64,000 nucleotides of DNA from Gracilinanus agilis (GCF_016433145.1 NC_058130.1:524258157-524322156); one strand, 5' to 3'; positions 23,735 to 35,589 are shown, counted from the stretch's first letter. The notes: generated by a model from the letters alone, not told the origin. Made by a program: numbers and translations.

Positions 23735-24290
23735 CTGGGACCCAAGCGGGGGGGTGTCGGGAGCTGTCGAGAGGGACAGGGAACGGGGCCGGGGATGGGG
23801 GGGGCGGCGCGGGGTAAAGGAGCGGGTGGGAAAAGGGACAGAGACGATTAGTGAAACTATCAATACCTCAGAGACTCCAAAGATCACCTTGTAGCAGAAA
23901 GTACCTACGTGTTTTCACAGCCTGTTCTGTGGCATGCGGCAAGAAACGTGAAATTGTTGCTGGTTTTCAGTTTCTTTTGAACGCGGTAGCTGGACGAAGC
24001 TACACTCTGGATAAACTCGCAACCAAAACTGCAAGAGAAGCTATAAAATGTTTTCCTTAAATTATTTTTGTAATGGTAGCTTTTGTCTGTCTGTTTGTTT
24101 TTCTACATCTTACTCCCGTTGATGCAGCTATGGTACATTTGTAAAAAAGAAAATGGTTAAAAAAAAAAACACCCAACAACCCAACCTTTGTATTGTAGAT
24201 AAGAGGAAAAGCCTGAGCATGCTCAACTTTTTATATTAATTTTTACAGTATTTCTAAGAATAAAAAAAAAAGCATTTTAAATCACTCCTG
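23735..24290 (+). other. CEBPD 3'UTR with conserved AU-rich block
   Basis: GATGCAGCTA.GGTACATTTGTAAAAA, TTGTATTGTAGATAAGAGGAAAAG.CTGAGCATGCTCA and TTTTTATATTAATTTTTACAGTATTT resemble the human CEBPD 3'UTR as I recall it. Confidence 0.75.
24259..24264 (+). terminator. CEBPD polyadenylation signal AATAAA
   Basis: AAGAATAAA at the end of the conserved 3'UTR block. Confidence 0.8.
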
Positions 24291-25769
24291 CTTCTTGTAT
24301 TCACAGTGACCTGGTAGGGAAAGGCCACAGGTGGACCCACACCTCTGGCTGTAGCAGGGAGAGGCTGGGGCATACTCCGGAGAAACTTGCTTGCACCGAC
24401 TTGCAGGTAGCTCACGTGATCCCGTGGTGTAAAAGTTCATTCCCCCGTGGCTTGGGCGAGTGAGTCAGCCCAGAACTCTCAGGAGCTCCGACTCCCCTCG
24501 CCGGGGCGGTGGAACTGCGTGTCTGTATTAGCAAAGGGGGGGACGCAGCGTCTGTACTTCCGAACCCATCACAACTTGAATAATATTGGAAAACTATTCA
24601 TTTGGATTACTGGCCAAAAAAATAAAGCCCGTGCCCCCCCCCCCAATGTATATTCAAATATGCCCTGGAATATACGTTTTTAAACATACCTGGAAAAGCT
24701 ACTTGGCAGGGTGGCGATCTAATCGTGAACAGGCTTTATCCTGACACCCCCCTCCCCCGCCCCCCTCCCGGCTATAGTTACTCCACCTGGTCTGAGGGGA
24801 TTCCTAGCTTCTCAGTTTAGATAAACCGAGCTGTTCTCCCCTGTCCTCCCTGGGCGTTTGGGGGAGGGGATTCATGGCCACCAAACAGCTTTGGTATTTT
24901 CAATACAAAATTGAGGGCTTAGAATGGAGGGGAGAATCGAATAAGGTGATTTCGCGCCCTCCTTAGCTGTCCCCACGCAGTGGAAGCAGCAGGTTATTGG
25001 CCAGAATTAACTTATGGTCGATTTCTTTTGCCCCTCTTTGTGTCCCCTGTCCCGGGTGGGTCTTCAGAAACAACTGCAAATTGATTTTAAAAGCGGAAAG
25101 GACGCAGTCGGAACCCTTCAGGGGATTCAAAGCATTTTCTGGTGTCTAGTTCTCTTTAGCAGAAAACCTGCGGACCAGGAGGCAAGGCTCAGGCCTGGGC
25201 AAAAGTGAAAAGGGCCAACCGGTTCCTTTAAAGAAGGAAGAGAGCAGAGGGGGGGCTGGGCCATGCTACCTTTTCTTGGTCTTAACACAAGGAAGCTCGA
25301 AAAAGGTCACTGAGGTCTAGCTGATTCTGTTGACTTTTCCTTAAGCAAAATCGTTAAATATTCTAAACTGAGTAAGGTGATGTTTCTGGTCACTGCTATA
25401 CCAAAAATCTTAGGAGAGGGCAAAGAATTAGTTCATGGCCTCACATTGAATTTTAATCACTGCCCACAAAAGAAGAGCCAGATAACCTCATTCTTATCTT
25501 CCTTTCAGGTTTAGGGGAATCTCGGGAGTTGGGCATACTTAGAATATTGCCCACAGGCATTTAAATCTACCTAATCTTTGTTCTGGGTCCGTATTTCGCG
25601 GTATGATTGGGCTGTAAAACTCCTTATCTACACTTCTATTATAATACAGTAGATCTATGATTGCAGACTGGTTAACTATCTACATTTTACGGGAAACAGC
25701 TTCAGCTTCACCTTTGCCACAGTGTGTTGGGCCTTTTCTAAAAATAACAAAGTTCCTGAACTTTGGATA

Positions 25770-25775
25770 TTTATT
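25770..25775 (-). terminator. Candidate SPIDR polyadenylation signal (AATAAA; alternative ATTAAA at 25896..25901)
   Basis: First minus-strand AATAAA I found downstream of the SPIDR stop, about 440 nt past it. Confidence 0.5.
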
Positions 25776-26217
25776 GTAGTAGAAGTGTATGCTTCTCCAG
25801 GAGATAATGTTCAATGGAGCACTATGGGGGGAGACAATCCTTAGAACACAGTAAAAGATAGTCCAACGGGAACCTTTAAAAACTCTGTATCAAAATTTAA
25901 TTTAGCTGATGAGGTGAAAACATTGATCAAAATTCATTTAGAAATCTAGACCGTTTAGAGCAACATTTAAACTCCAATAACCTGTTGCTTGCACTGCAGA
26001 TGATGACACAACACAATGATGGTGTAGGAAATGTATTTTTATCATTAGGACCCATTTTTCTGACCTGGTCCCAGAAAAATGGAAAATCAATGGCATTTCA
26101 GGATTCTCTTTGGAAGAACCATATATCTTCTTGGTCCTTCGTGAAAGTGTAACCACAGAACTACTTTGTAAGCACGTTGCAAAGTTCATTGACTGCTAAG
26201 GGGAGGCAATCCTCTTC

Positions 26218-26349
26218 TCAGTTTCTTCTGGCTTGGAGAAGTTCAATTTCCTCCAATCCAACGCAGCTCATTGGGTGGTTGGTGATGGCCCGGACCAAAC
26301 ACGGTAACCGCCCTACCTGCTTGCCCAGCACGCTCTTCACCTCGTAAGT
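26218..26349 (-). CDS. SPIDR: SPIDR terminal coding exon (TYEVKSVLGKQVGRLPCLVRAITNHPMSCVGLEEIELLQARRN*)
   Basis: Acceptor ttttgtccccacag; phase 0; matches human SYEVKSVLGKEVGLLNCFVQSVTAHPTSCIGLEEIELL; TGA at 26220..26218. Confidence 0.95.
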   Translation of the reverse strand, partial: TYEVKSVLGKQVGRLPCLVRAITNHPMSCVGLEEIELLQARRN

Positions 26350-26583
26350 CTGTGGGGACAAAAGCCCATAACAGGATTAGGCCCAGACATGTTGTTTTCC
26401 ACAGCACAGAACTCCAAAGAAGGAAACCGGCACTTGACCATCTGCCACTCAAATGGCATTAACAAACTGGGATTGAAAAAAAAATCATGAGGAATTAATC
26501 TAGTCATTGGGGAAGAGAATGAGCACTTATAGAGCACCGACTGTCTGCCAAACATGGTTAAGTGCTTTCAAATTATTATTCCA

Positions 26584-26768
26584 GGGGGCAGCTGGGTGGA
26601 TCAGTGGATTGAGAGTCAGGCCTAGAGACAGGAGGTCCTGGGTTCAAATCTGACCTCAGACACTTCCCAGCTGTGTGACCCTGGGCAAGTCACTTAACCC
26701 CCTTGCCTACCCTTACCACTCTTCTGCCTTGGAGCCAATACACAGAAATTAAGGGTTTAAAAAAAAAT
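26584..26768 (+). mobile_element. Young SINE1_Mdo-like SINE
   Basis: Near-intact head, CORE and A tail; AAATTATTATT flanks both sides as a TSD-like sequence. Confidence 0.9.
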
Positions 26769-26949
26769 TATTATTTCATTTGGGCCTTGAAACTACCCTG
26801 CAAGGGAGAAGCTGGGATCAGACACAAACAGAAACGGTGACTTGCCCAGAGTCACACTCTTAGGTGTCTGAGACCCCATATGAACTCAGGTCTTCCTGAC
26901 TAGATCCACTGCTCCAACTGAACTTATAAAACTTATTAAAAAAAAAACA

Positions 26950-27143
26950 GGGGGCAGCTAGGTAGCTCAGTGGATTTAGAGTCAGGCCTAGAGGTCCTGG
27001 GTTCAAATTTGGCCTCAGACACTTCTCAGCTGTGTGACCTGGGCAAGTCACTTAACACTCATTGCCTAACCCTTACCACTCTTCCACTTTGGAACCCATC
27101 CACAGTATAATTCTAAGCTGGAAGGAAAGGGTTTTAAAAAAAA
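26950..27143 (+). mobile_element. SINE1_Mdo-like SINE (tandem with the previous copy; extra tail fragment near 27180..27215)
   Basis: GGGGGCAGCTAGGTAGCTCAGTGG head, CORE, GAAGGAAAGGGTTTTAAAA tail. Confidence 0.85.
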
Positions 27144-27380
27144 ACAAACAACCCAAAACACACACACACAAAACATACATAGTATTGGTTCTAAAGTAGA
27201 AGGTAAGGGTTAAAGAAAAACCCCAAAACATACAAACACATACAGACAAAACCATTTTTTTTTTAAAAGAAAAGGAAAAAACCAGCATTCTCCTTTTGGT
27301 TCTATTCATAGTAATGTTACATATTGCCCTAAATTGAGATACCACAGAAAATACTATAAAAACCAGACACGGTCCTTGGG

Positions 27381-28760
27381 CATGTGACCCATTCTCGGGG
27401 CAGTACAGACAGGCACACTCGGGTTTTAGCTTTTAGTGCGGTCTCACACATAGAGGCAGCTGCCTTCCCCTCTCTGGGAGGCTTCCTCCATCGAACAGTA
27501 CTTAACCCACACGTGTTTCCCGGTGAAATGCCTCCGTTTCCCCTGAGTTTGATATCTTTGCTTCTGTTCTACTTTGCTAGATGACGCCTCTTCCTAGCTC
27601 CTCCATCTTTTTTGGTAGTTACTGGTTCGTCCTTTCAACAATGAGCATTTATGACTATCGGATCACATTTCCAGAAAAACAAAACAAAACCCAACACCCT
27701 TTCTCTGAGGGGGGAGGGGTGGCGGGAGGGAAGTGCCTGCCTTCAGGAGGAGGCACAAACGTGACCTTCCTCCCTAAGGCTGAGTGCCAACAGACTCAGA
27801 TGCTGGCGTCAAGGGCAAGGGGAGGCCCCTGACTCTCCTGAAAGCTGGTCTCGGAGCCCCGCAGCCTCCCCTTTAGAGAGAGCGCCAGGCCCGGAGTCCA
27901 GGAGACTCCTATGCAGACGTGGCTTTGGCCGCTTCCCAGCTAGGAGACTTTGGCTAAGTCACTTAACCCCCAGGGCCTCATGCGGGCAGCTCTAATGTCT
28001 TAGATCGGAGGCGCAAACAGAAGGGGAGACTTTAAAAAAAAAAAAGAAGAAGAAAGGAAAGTTAAAAAAGAAAAGCAACGCGGAGCACTGGCGAGAGGCC
28101 GCCCTTGTGGGTCAGGTCAGGCTGCAATTCCATCAATAATAATACGTGATAATCTAGAAATACAAATAATAAAATATGGTCTCTCGTCACGCTAACCAGG
28201 TGGTTCGGAGGACCAGGGCTGGCATGCAGTGGCTGTGCTCGGCGGAAGCCTCTCCGGTAGGGCGGCAGGGCGTACCATCCGCCATCTGTCAGCGCGCACG
28301 GCGAGGCCCGGAGACCCGGATCGGGACGCGGCGGCCATATAAACTCGCGAGTTCTCTTTGTTGGGGCCTGGGTGAAGCGGAGAAGGAAGGAGGCCCCTCG
28401 CAGCCCCGGCCCGGGAAATGCACAAAGCAGCGAGCAGCCGCTTCCCCGGCCGCCGCCGGTACTTCTCCGGCAGAAACGCGTCATCTCCCTCCTGGAGCAG
28501 AACAGAAGCTTTTTGAGTCCTTCTCCCGAGCTTTGCCTTCCCTGCTGGGAAGCTTCGGTCGTTCCCTGCTGCCTGGAGGGCAAAAGCAAAATGTTGCTGT
28601 TTGGTATTGAAAGATCTTCCACCCGGACCTCCGGGACTCTCGTGGTTCCGTCCTGCTTGGTGGTGGCCATTCAGTCACTTTTCCGTTGTGTCGATGCTTC
28701 CTTGGATCCCCATTTGAGGTTTTCTTGGGAAAGATGCCCGAGGGGTTGGCCATTTCCCCC
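27381..28760. promoter_or_regulatory. CpG-rich patch in the SPIDR last intron with TATAAA at 28338..28343 (+)
   Basis: High CpG density by eye at 28060..28700; CGTCA half-CRE motifs; no recognised gene. Confidence 0.5.
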
Positions 28761-29199
28761 TCCAGTTCATTTGACAGATGAGGAAACTGAGGCAGACAGG
28801 GCGAAGTGACTTGCTCAGGGCCACCTAGCGTTGGAGGCCAGATTTACGTTTGGGAAGACCTCTATGGGGCTGCCCTTCCTTTGTTCCTCCTAAATAACCG
28901 GGTCTCTCATCTCTACCTGTGCCTGGCTGTCCCCTCCTGAACCGCCTCCTACAGGAAGCCTCTCCTGATTTCCTCCTGCCCGCTCCCCTTCAGAGATTCC
29001 TTATCTACTTCATATTTGCTGAGAGAGGCACATCCTGTTTCCCTAATAGAAGGGAAGCTCCTAGAGGGCAGAAACAATGTGTTTTTATCTATCTCTAGGG
29101 CCTAACACCGAGTAAGCTCTCAATCAATATTGGCTGAAATGAATTTATTAAATTATTACCATGTGAAGAGCCTGCTGGACAAGGAGAGAGATGCTGAGG

Positions 29200-29580
29200 C
29201 AGCTATGGGATGGAATGCCATGCTTGGGAGGGGGGTGGGGAACCTGGGTTCAAATCCGGCCTCAGACACTTCCTTTCGTGTGACCCTCGGGAAGTCTCTT
29301 TTTAAAAAATATTTATTTAAACCCTTATCTTTTGTTTTAGAATCAGTACTGTTTCTGGTTCCAAGGCAGAGAGCAGTAAGGGCTAGGCAATGGGGGTTAA
29401 GTGACTTGCCCAGGGTCACCCAGCTAGGAAGGGTCTGATCCAGATTTGAACCCAGGACCTCCTGTCTCCAGGCCTGGCTCTCCGTCCAGGGAGGTCTTTT
29501 AACCCCCACTGCCTTTCCCTTACCGCTCTTCTGTCTTAGAACAGATGGTATCTAAGACAGAAGGGAAGGGTTGAAATAAA
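29200..29580. mobile_element. Nested SINEs: a minus-strand SINE1 (~29300..29490) inserted into a plus-strand SINE1
   Basis: The plus SINE breaks at ...GGGAAGTC and resumes at TTTTAACCCCCA.... The insert reads as a reverse SINE. Confidence 0.75.
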
Positions 29581-30250
29581 TAAAATTAAGACGATGGGGT
29601 CTCTGTCTTTGGGGAGCAGCTGGTGGAACAGGGTGCTCTAGGCTCTGGGCTCAGTGTCAGGGAAATCTGAGTTCAAATCAGGCCTCTTAGAAGCTGTGTA
29701 ACCCTGGGCAAGTGGCCTGACTTCTGTTTCCACTCTACAATGTGGCTACTAGCAGCATCTTCTTCCCAGAGGCCTCTGGAGACTCCAGGGAGATGGTGCT
29801 CAGCGCAGCGCCTGGCACACAGGGGGCACCACAGAAATGTTCTCCTCCCTTTCCCATGGCCCTTGAGAGGGAGACAACCTATCCAGCCCCATGTAAGCCC
29901 ATTAGAAAGGAGAATAAAGTGCTGAGGGAGCTCCTGCGGATGGCACCAAGCAGGGGGCTTAGGGGAGCCTCCCCAGGGCCTGGGGCAGGGAAGGGGACTG
30001 GTCACATTATAAAGGGTGGTCCTGGAAAGAGATGGCAGAGCCAGGAAGACCTATGAGGGGGCGATCCTAAAAAAAAAACGTTGATTTTTTAAGATTAAAT
30101 TGTATTTTTTTCAGTGAACAAAAAAAATCAATCTTCCTACCTCCACTTTAGAAAAAAATCTTTGTCATAAATAGGCATAGTCAAGCAAAGTGAATTCCTA
30201 CGTTGTCCCTGCTGAAATAGATTTCTTTTGTGCAAAAATTTAACCAAATA

Positions 30251-30417
30251 GGGGGCAGCTGGGCGGCTCCATGGATGGAGAGCAAAGCCTAGATGGGAGG
30301 TCCTAGGTTAAAAAATGACCTCAGACGCTTCCTAGCTGTGTGACCCTGGGCAAATCACTTAACCCCCATTGCCTAGCCCTTCCTGCTCTTGATTCTGAGA
30401 CAGAAGGTATGGGTTCA
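30251..30417 (+). mobile_element. SINE1_Mdo-like SINE followed by an AT-rich low-complexity tract (to ~30740)
   Basis: GGGGGCAGCTGGGCGGCTCC head and CORE, then (TA)n-rich sequence. Confidence 0.8.
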
Positions 30418-30964
30418 ATATATATATACATATATATATATATAGGCTTAAGTATGGAATATAAAAATATAGAAATATATAAAAATACATATGCAAATAT
30501 GTATATATGGGTTTATATATGTATGCATTTTAAACATTTAAATATCATATATATTCATTTTAAACCTTTACCTTGTCTTAGAATCAAGTTAAATAAAATA
30601 TAAATTGTCATACAATACATAAATTTTATATTTATATATAATACCATGCTATTATTTATATATAGCAAATTTTACCTTTTACTTAAATATATTTATATTA
30701 TAGTAAATATATTTACCCATATTTACATATATATAAATAACTCAGAATAAGAATGCATGCCCTTTAGTACTTTACACACAGTGGGTGCTTTTAATAAGCA
30801 CGATGGATTAATCTGTATTGCTCTGTTGGCCACATCTAGGCTATAGCTGGGGCTTAATTTTGTTTTATTTTAATTTTGGTTCAAACCGCCCCCCCCCACT
30901 GAACCTCCAAGTTCTTAGGGAGCATCTTTCTAAATCTTCGCGGTCATAGAGAGCCTGCTCTGCT

Positions 30965-31500
30965 AGTCAACCAGTTAATAAATATTCATTTAGCACCTAC
31001 TGTGTGTCAGGCATCAGGCTAAAACACCAGGGTACAAAGAAAGGCAAAAAAGACTGTCCCTGCCTTCTAGGAGCTTGGGAGAAAGATAAAGGGGAAGACA
31101 AAATGTAAACAACGGTGCATAAACAAGTTACAAAGGAGACAACATGGAAATGCTTTCCTGGGAAGGCTGGGGAATTAAGAAGGATTAGGATAGGTGGGCT
31201 TCCTGGAGAAGGAGGGATTTTAGCTGGGACCTGAAGGAAGCCAGGGGAGCCAGCAGTCCTAGTGGAGGAGGGAGACCATTCCAGGCATCAGGGAGAGCCA
31301 AAGAAGATTCAAAGAGTAGAGAGATGAGGATCTCATTTAAAGAACATAAAGAAGGCCACTGAGAGAGGGAGAGAGACAGAGAGAATGTGTGTGTGCTAAG
31401 GTTTGAATGACTGGAAAAGTGGGGGAGCAGTTTATGGAGGGCTTTAAATGCTACAGAGATTTTATATTTGATTCTGAAGGCGGCAGAGAACTCTGGTCCA
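30965..31500 (-). mobile_element. LINE-2 3' portion
   Basis: TTAATAAATATTCATTTAGCACCTACTGTGTGTCAGGC terminus followed by typical purine-rich L2 3' sequence. Confidence 0.7.
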
Positions 31501-31551
31501 CAATGAATGGTGGCAGCTGGGGGACTGGGGGAGCCATTTAATCCACTAGAG

Positions 31552-31755
31552 CAGGGGTTGGCAACTTTTTTGGCTGTGAGAGCCATAAATGCCACATTTT
31601 TTAAAATGTAATTTCCTGAGAGCCGTCACAGTAACAGTGCGTGCTCCTGTAACAGCACCTGAAAAAAATTGACTTTATGGCTCCTGTAGAAAGAGCCATA
31701 TCTGGCCCTCAAAAGAGCCAGATATGGCTCGAGAGCCATACGTTGCCGACCCCTG
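31552..31755. mobile_element. Charlie-type hAT MITE, 204 bp (OposCharlie-like)
   Basis: TIRs CAGGGGTTGGCAAC / GTTGCCGACCCCTG; 8-bp TSD CACTAGAG / TTCTAGAG (6/8) matching the NTCTAGAN Charlie target; internal 14-bp inverted repeat. Confidence 0.9.
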
Positions 31756-33190
31756 TTCTAGAGGAAGAAATGGCAGAGCAGTCAGGGACTTTGCCAAGAA
31801 GACTCGGCAGCCAGCGTGGTCTATGGGGTCAGAACGCGTCAGATGGGGCTTATGCACAGTGCAGGAATCCATTTCCATTGGGGGCTCTTTCCTGGCTTGA
31901 GGAACAAATGGAGACCCAGTGTGAATTGGCCTTGTGATTAGGTGCCTTTTTTCTCTCTAACCCTTTTTCACTATCTAATAAATAACCAGAAATCAATAGA
32001 CAATCTCCAGAGAATGTTAATTCTAATAATTCTTTCAGTGACAATCAACTATGATTCAATCTCCCCATCCGATGAAGGTACACAAAGCTTGGGACCTAGA
32101 GAATCCGGAAGGCTTGATTTCAAATCCAGCTTCATTGCCTAGCTGTGTGACTCTACACAAGTCATTTAACCTCTTAGCTTTAGTTTCCTCATCTGTAAAC
32201 AAACAAACAAAAACAAAAACAAAAAAATGGCCCCTATCTCCCAGGGTTGTTGTGAGCATCCCAAGAGATAATAATTGTAAAGTAAAATTTAAAGCATAGT
32301 GTCTGGTCCATGGCTAATGCTCCATACATATGTTTGTTGTTGTTGTTGTTGTTGTTATTATTATTACTGGAGAAGGAAATGATGACCACTCTAGCAGCTT
32401 TGCCAGAAGCCCCTCCGGTCTGTGGGGCACGAAGAGCTGGCCAGGACTGAACGACAAAACTGGGATTGGAGTCCAAGGTCACGCCGATCCTGAGGGGCGA
32501 CGCCGGGGGTTTGGACTTGGTTCTTTTGTTCCCAAACCCATCATTATTTCTGCTGTCTCGGCTGCTTCGAAAGATGAAGCAGAGAGCAGAGAAAATGATG
32601 AGATGGTGTACAGAGGTGAAAACCCTCTGAAAAAACATGGAACGCGCTGCAAATAGAGATTAGGATATCGACGGCACTTACTGCGACAGTGACGTTGGAC
32701 GGAGCCATTCTGTGTCACACAGCATAGGATTTCAGACATTTGCAGCCGATTTTCTGAGTCATGATTAGAAAAAAGTTAAATTTTTTTTTTTTATTTTGGG
32801 TCAAGACAGGACATACGGCTTCATTTGGAAACGTCAAACCTGGGGGTATGAGGTCACTCATGGTGGATGGAGTCTGTAGTTGGTGATCAAATGGCTTCTG
32901 CTGGAGGGATCACTTATTCCCTTACTGATGCCACCCAGGACATAATGACAGACGGCAGCCTCTCGGGCAGTTTTTGGATAAACACAGAGAAGCTCTTAGG
33001 AAATGGGAATTGGGTAAACGTGGCCAGGCAGGTTTGTTCTTCCATTGCAAAAAGTCAAAGCTAAAAACCACTTTCTAATAGCACAATGGGAGCCCTGACA
33101 CGTCCAGTTTTTAGCCAATTCAGACTCTGGCCTGGTGACTCAGATACGAGATAGTAAAAGGCATAAAACTTGACACAATGACCCATTAAC

Positions 33191-33193
<3 letters not shown>

Positions 33194-33266
<73 letters not shown>
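33194..33266. repeat. (AC)n microsatellite, about 36 units
   Basis: Read directly. Confidence 0.95.
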
Positions 33267-33269
<3 letters not shown>

Positions 33270-35589
33270 TGCAGGGAGTGTTGTTATGGTAGTTATAGGA
33301 ATTTTTTTTTAAAGGTTTTGGGGAATATGGACCCTTAGCAGCCCAAACCCATAGAATGTTATCCTCCTCCATCACTAGAGGCTGACATTACGACGCTGGC
33401 AAGGCCCCCTGCACACTGTGGGGAGATCCAGGGAAGACAAGGGCCCTCCGTTTTGAAATGACTCCACATTTTGGCCCTAACAAATGTCTGCTTAGGGAAC
33501 TCAGACTAGAAATAGATGTCACTGATTCTGCATCATTCCATAGCAAGATCTGAGGTAAAATTCCGTTCTCTGTTGTTATTTTTGCTTCTGTTTCAGAAAA
33601 TTTCAGGAAATCTGGGGTTAAGGGAAATTAGAAATTCAGGTCAATTCAATAGATATGTGTTAACTACTACTTGAAAGGCACTGTGCTGGGCCTACTGATG
33701 AAAACATGAAAAAGCCCCTGCCCCCTAAGCTGCAGAATTTATTGTAAAATAGTTGGGAGGAGGGACAGTGCCGCCATTGGGAGGGAACCAGGTGGGTGGG
33801 AAGGAACTGCTGCCAATTCATCCTCCCATCCTCTGGTTTCAGCTCCAGAAGGAAAGCATATAGGAAGGGAACAGTTTTGTTCTATATAACTTCTCAAGGA
33901 AAAGGATGATGCTCTTCCTTAGTTATATCTTCATATAGAGGATGAATGACCTTGAACTTTTTGTTCCTCACATATTCCTATAGGGGAGATATCCCTGAGA
34001 ACCTAATTTGCCAGCTTTCATACTGATTCTTCTTCCTTTTAAATTACAGTCAATTAACCTTGCACAGTAACCAATCGTTCTCTATCATTTTTCTCTTGTC
34101 CCTTTATAAATGGCCCCTAATTTCCTACTTAATATTTCCTGTTCAAATGCAAAAACAAAACAAAACAAAACAAAAAAAAACAATATGGAAACTCTAAGAA
34201 CAAAAGAAAATGTACACACTCTCTATGTTCTGGTATTTATACAATAACATTAAAGCAAATTATTTTAATTTCTGTATGGTTCACTCAACTGATGCTTGCT
34301 GAGTCCCTATGGCCAAATCAACCAATACCAAGCAACCATTTATCAAGTACATTCTTGATATATGCATCCAACATTGGGATAGGAAAGAATTCACTGTGTA
34401 CAAAACCCAAATTAAACTGGAGCCAGCAGTAAGTACCCAAGGGGGTGAGGGGTCAGGAGTCCCCTATTTTTGAGGATGATGATAATTCTGCTTGCCCTTT
34501 AGTGTGTCCAAAATAACAACTCCTAACTGTGAAACACTTGACAGATTAGATAAAATGCAAATTTAAAACCAAATATTGTGTCATCCTAAAGTATTATCAG
34601 TCCTGGTCACTAGTTGATAGGAATAGGAGATCACATCTAGATTGGGGAGAGTGGGTCAAAATCTGATGCTGTTAATATAATAAAACTGGGAATCACCAAT
34701 TTTAGAGAAGGGAAACGGCCAATACGGCAGACAACTGAAACTGAAGGCAGAGAGCCTCTCCAATGGAGTTGTCTCTAAACTTCACAGAAGAGACGCCCCA
34801 TTAGTCAATGCAACCTAGAATTCTGGCAGGTAATTTGAATAATGACTGGAGCCACTGCCCTAGAATTCTAAGAACATATTTGATGGCATAAAAAGTCATC
34901 ACACATTCTGCCTTCCCCCAGGACTATATATAATATTTACAAATATTCTGTCAGGGTCCTGGTCACCAAAGTGGTTCACGCTTGGCACAGGGGATACAAA
35001 ATTAAAATCAGTAGTTCCTGCCTTCAAGAAGCTTATACTCTCTTGAAGGATATATATGTATATATAGAAATTATATATAAATGATATATGTATATAAGTA
35101 AATTATAAACAAAATATGTAGAAAACTATAAACAAATCCTGCTTCTGTGACTATTTAAATGACCATAGGCAAGTTACTTAACTTTTTAAAAAATTAACAT
35201 AACACATTAAAATCAGATAGGAAGGAATCCCATTTTAATCACATTTGGGTTGAACTTGTGGGCCACATGCAGTTCTAGGGGCCAACACCTCTGTTCTAAG
35301 TATCACTTATAGTCCAAAGAGACAGTTTTTCACCTTTCATTTAGAAGAGATTGAATGACACCCAGAGTTGTGATCTTCCTAGGGTTCCTCACTGGTAAAA
35401 TGTGGGGTGCTAGAGCTAGATGGCATCTGGGGTCCCTTCGGCCCCTAGCCTGATGATCACCTGATTCTGTGATGTCTGACAACAGCATCCCTCATGGGCT
35501 CTATTATTTTCTAAATATATATATGATTAGCTCCTCCAATTCATTAGGGATGCCGATGTTTTATGAGGAGGGCACTTTGGTGCTATTGG

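Larger units (their letters stand above)
21990..23830. promoter_or_regulatory. CpG island over the CEBPD promoter and CDS
   Basis: Dense CpG and GC content compared with the CpG-depleted flanks (judged by eye, not computed). Confidence 0.9.

Noticed and set aside
21884-23745. Long antisense or alternative-frame ORFs (216, 211, 134, 111 aa) over the CEBPD island
   Set aside because: Expected from stop-codon scarcity in GC-rich DNA; no recognisable homology.
28062-28809. 202, 144 and 145 aa ORFs in the intronic CpG patch
   Set aside because: Overlapping in several frames, low-complexity Arg/Pro/Gly/Ala-rich, no recognisable domain; likely GC artefacts.
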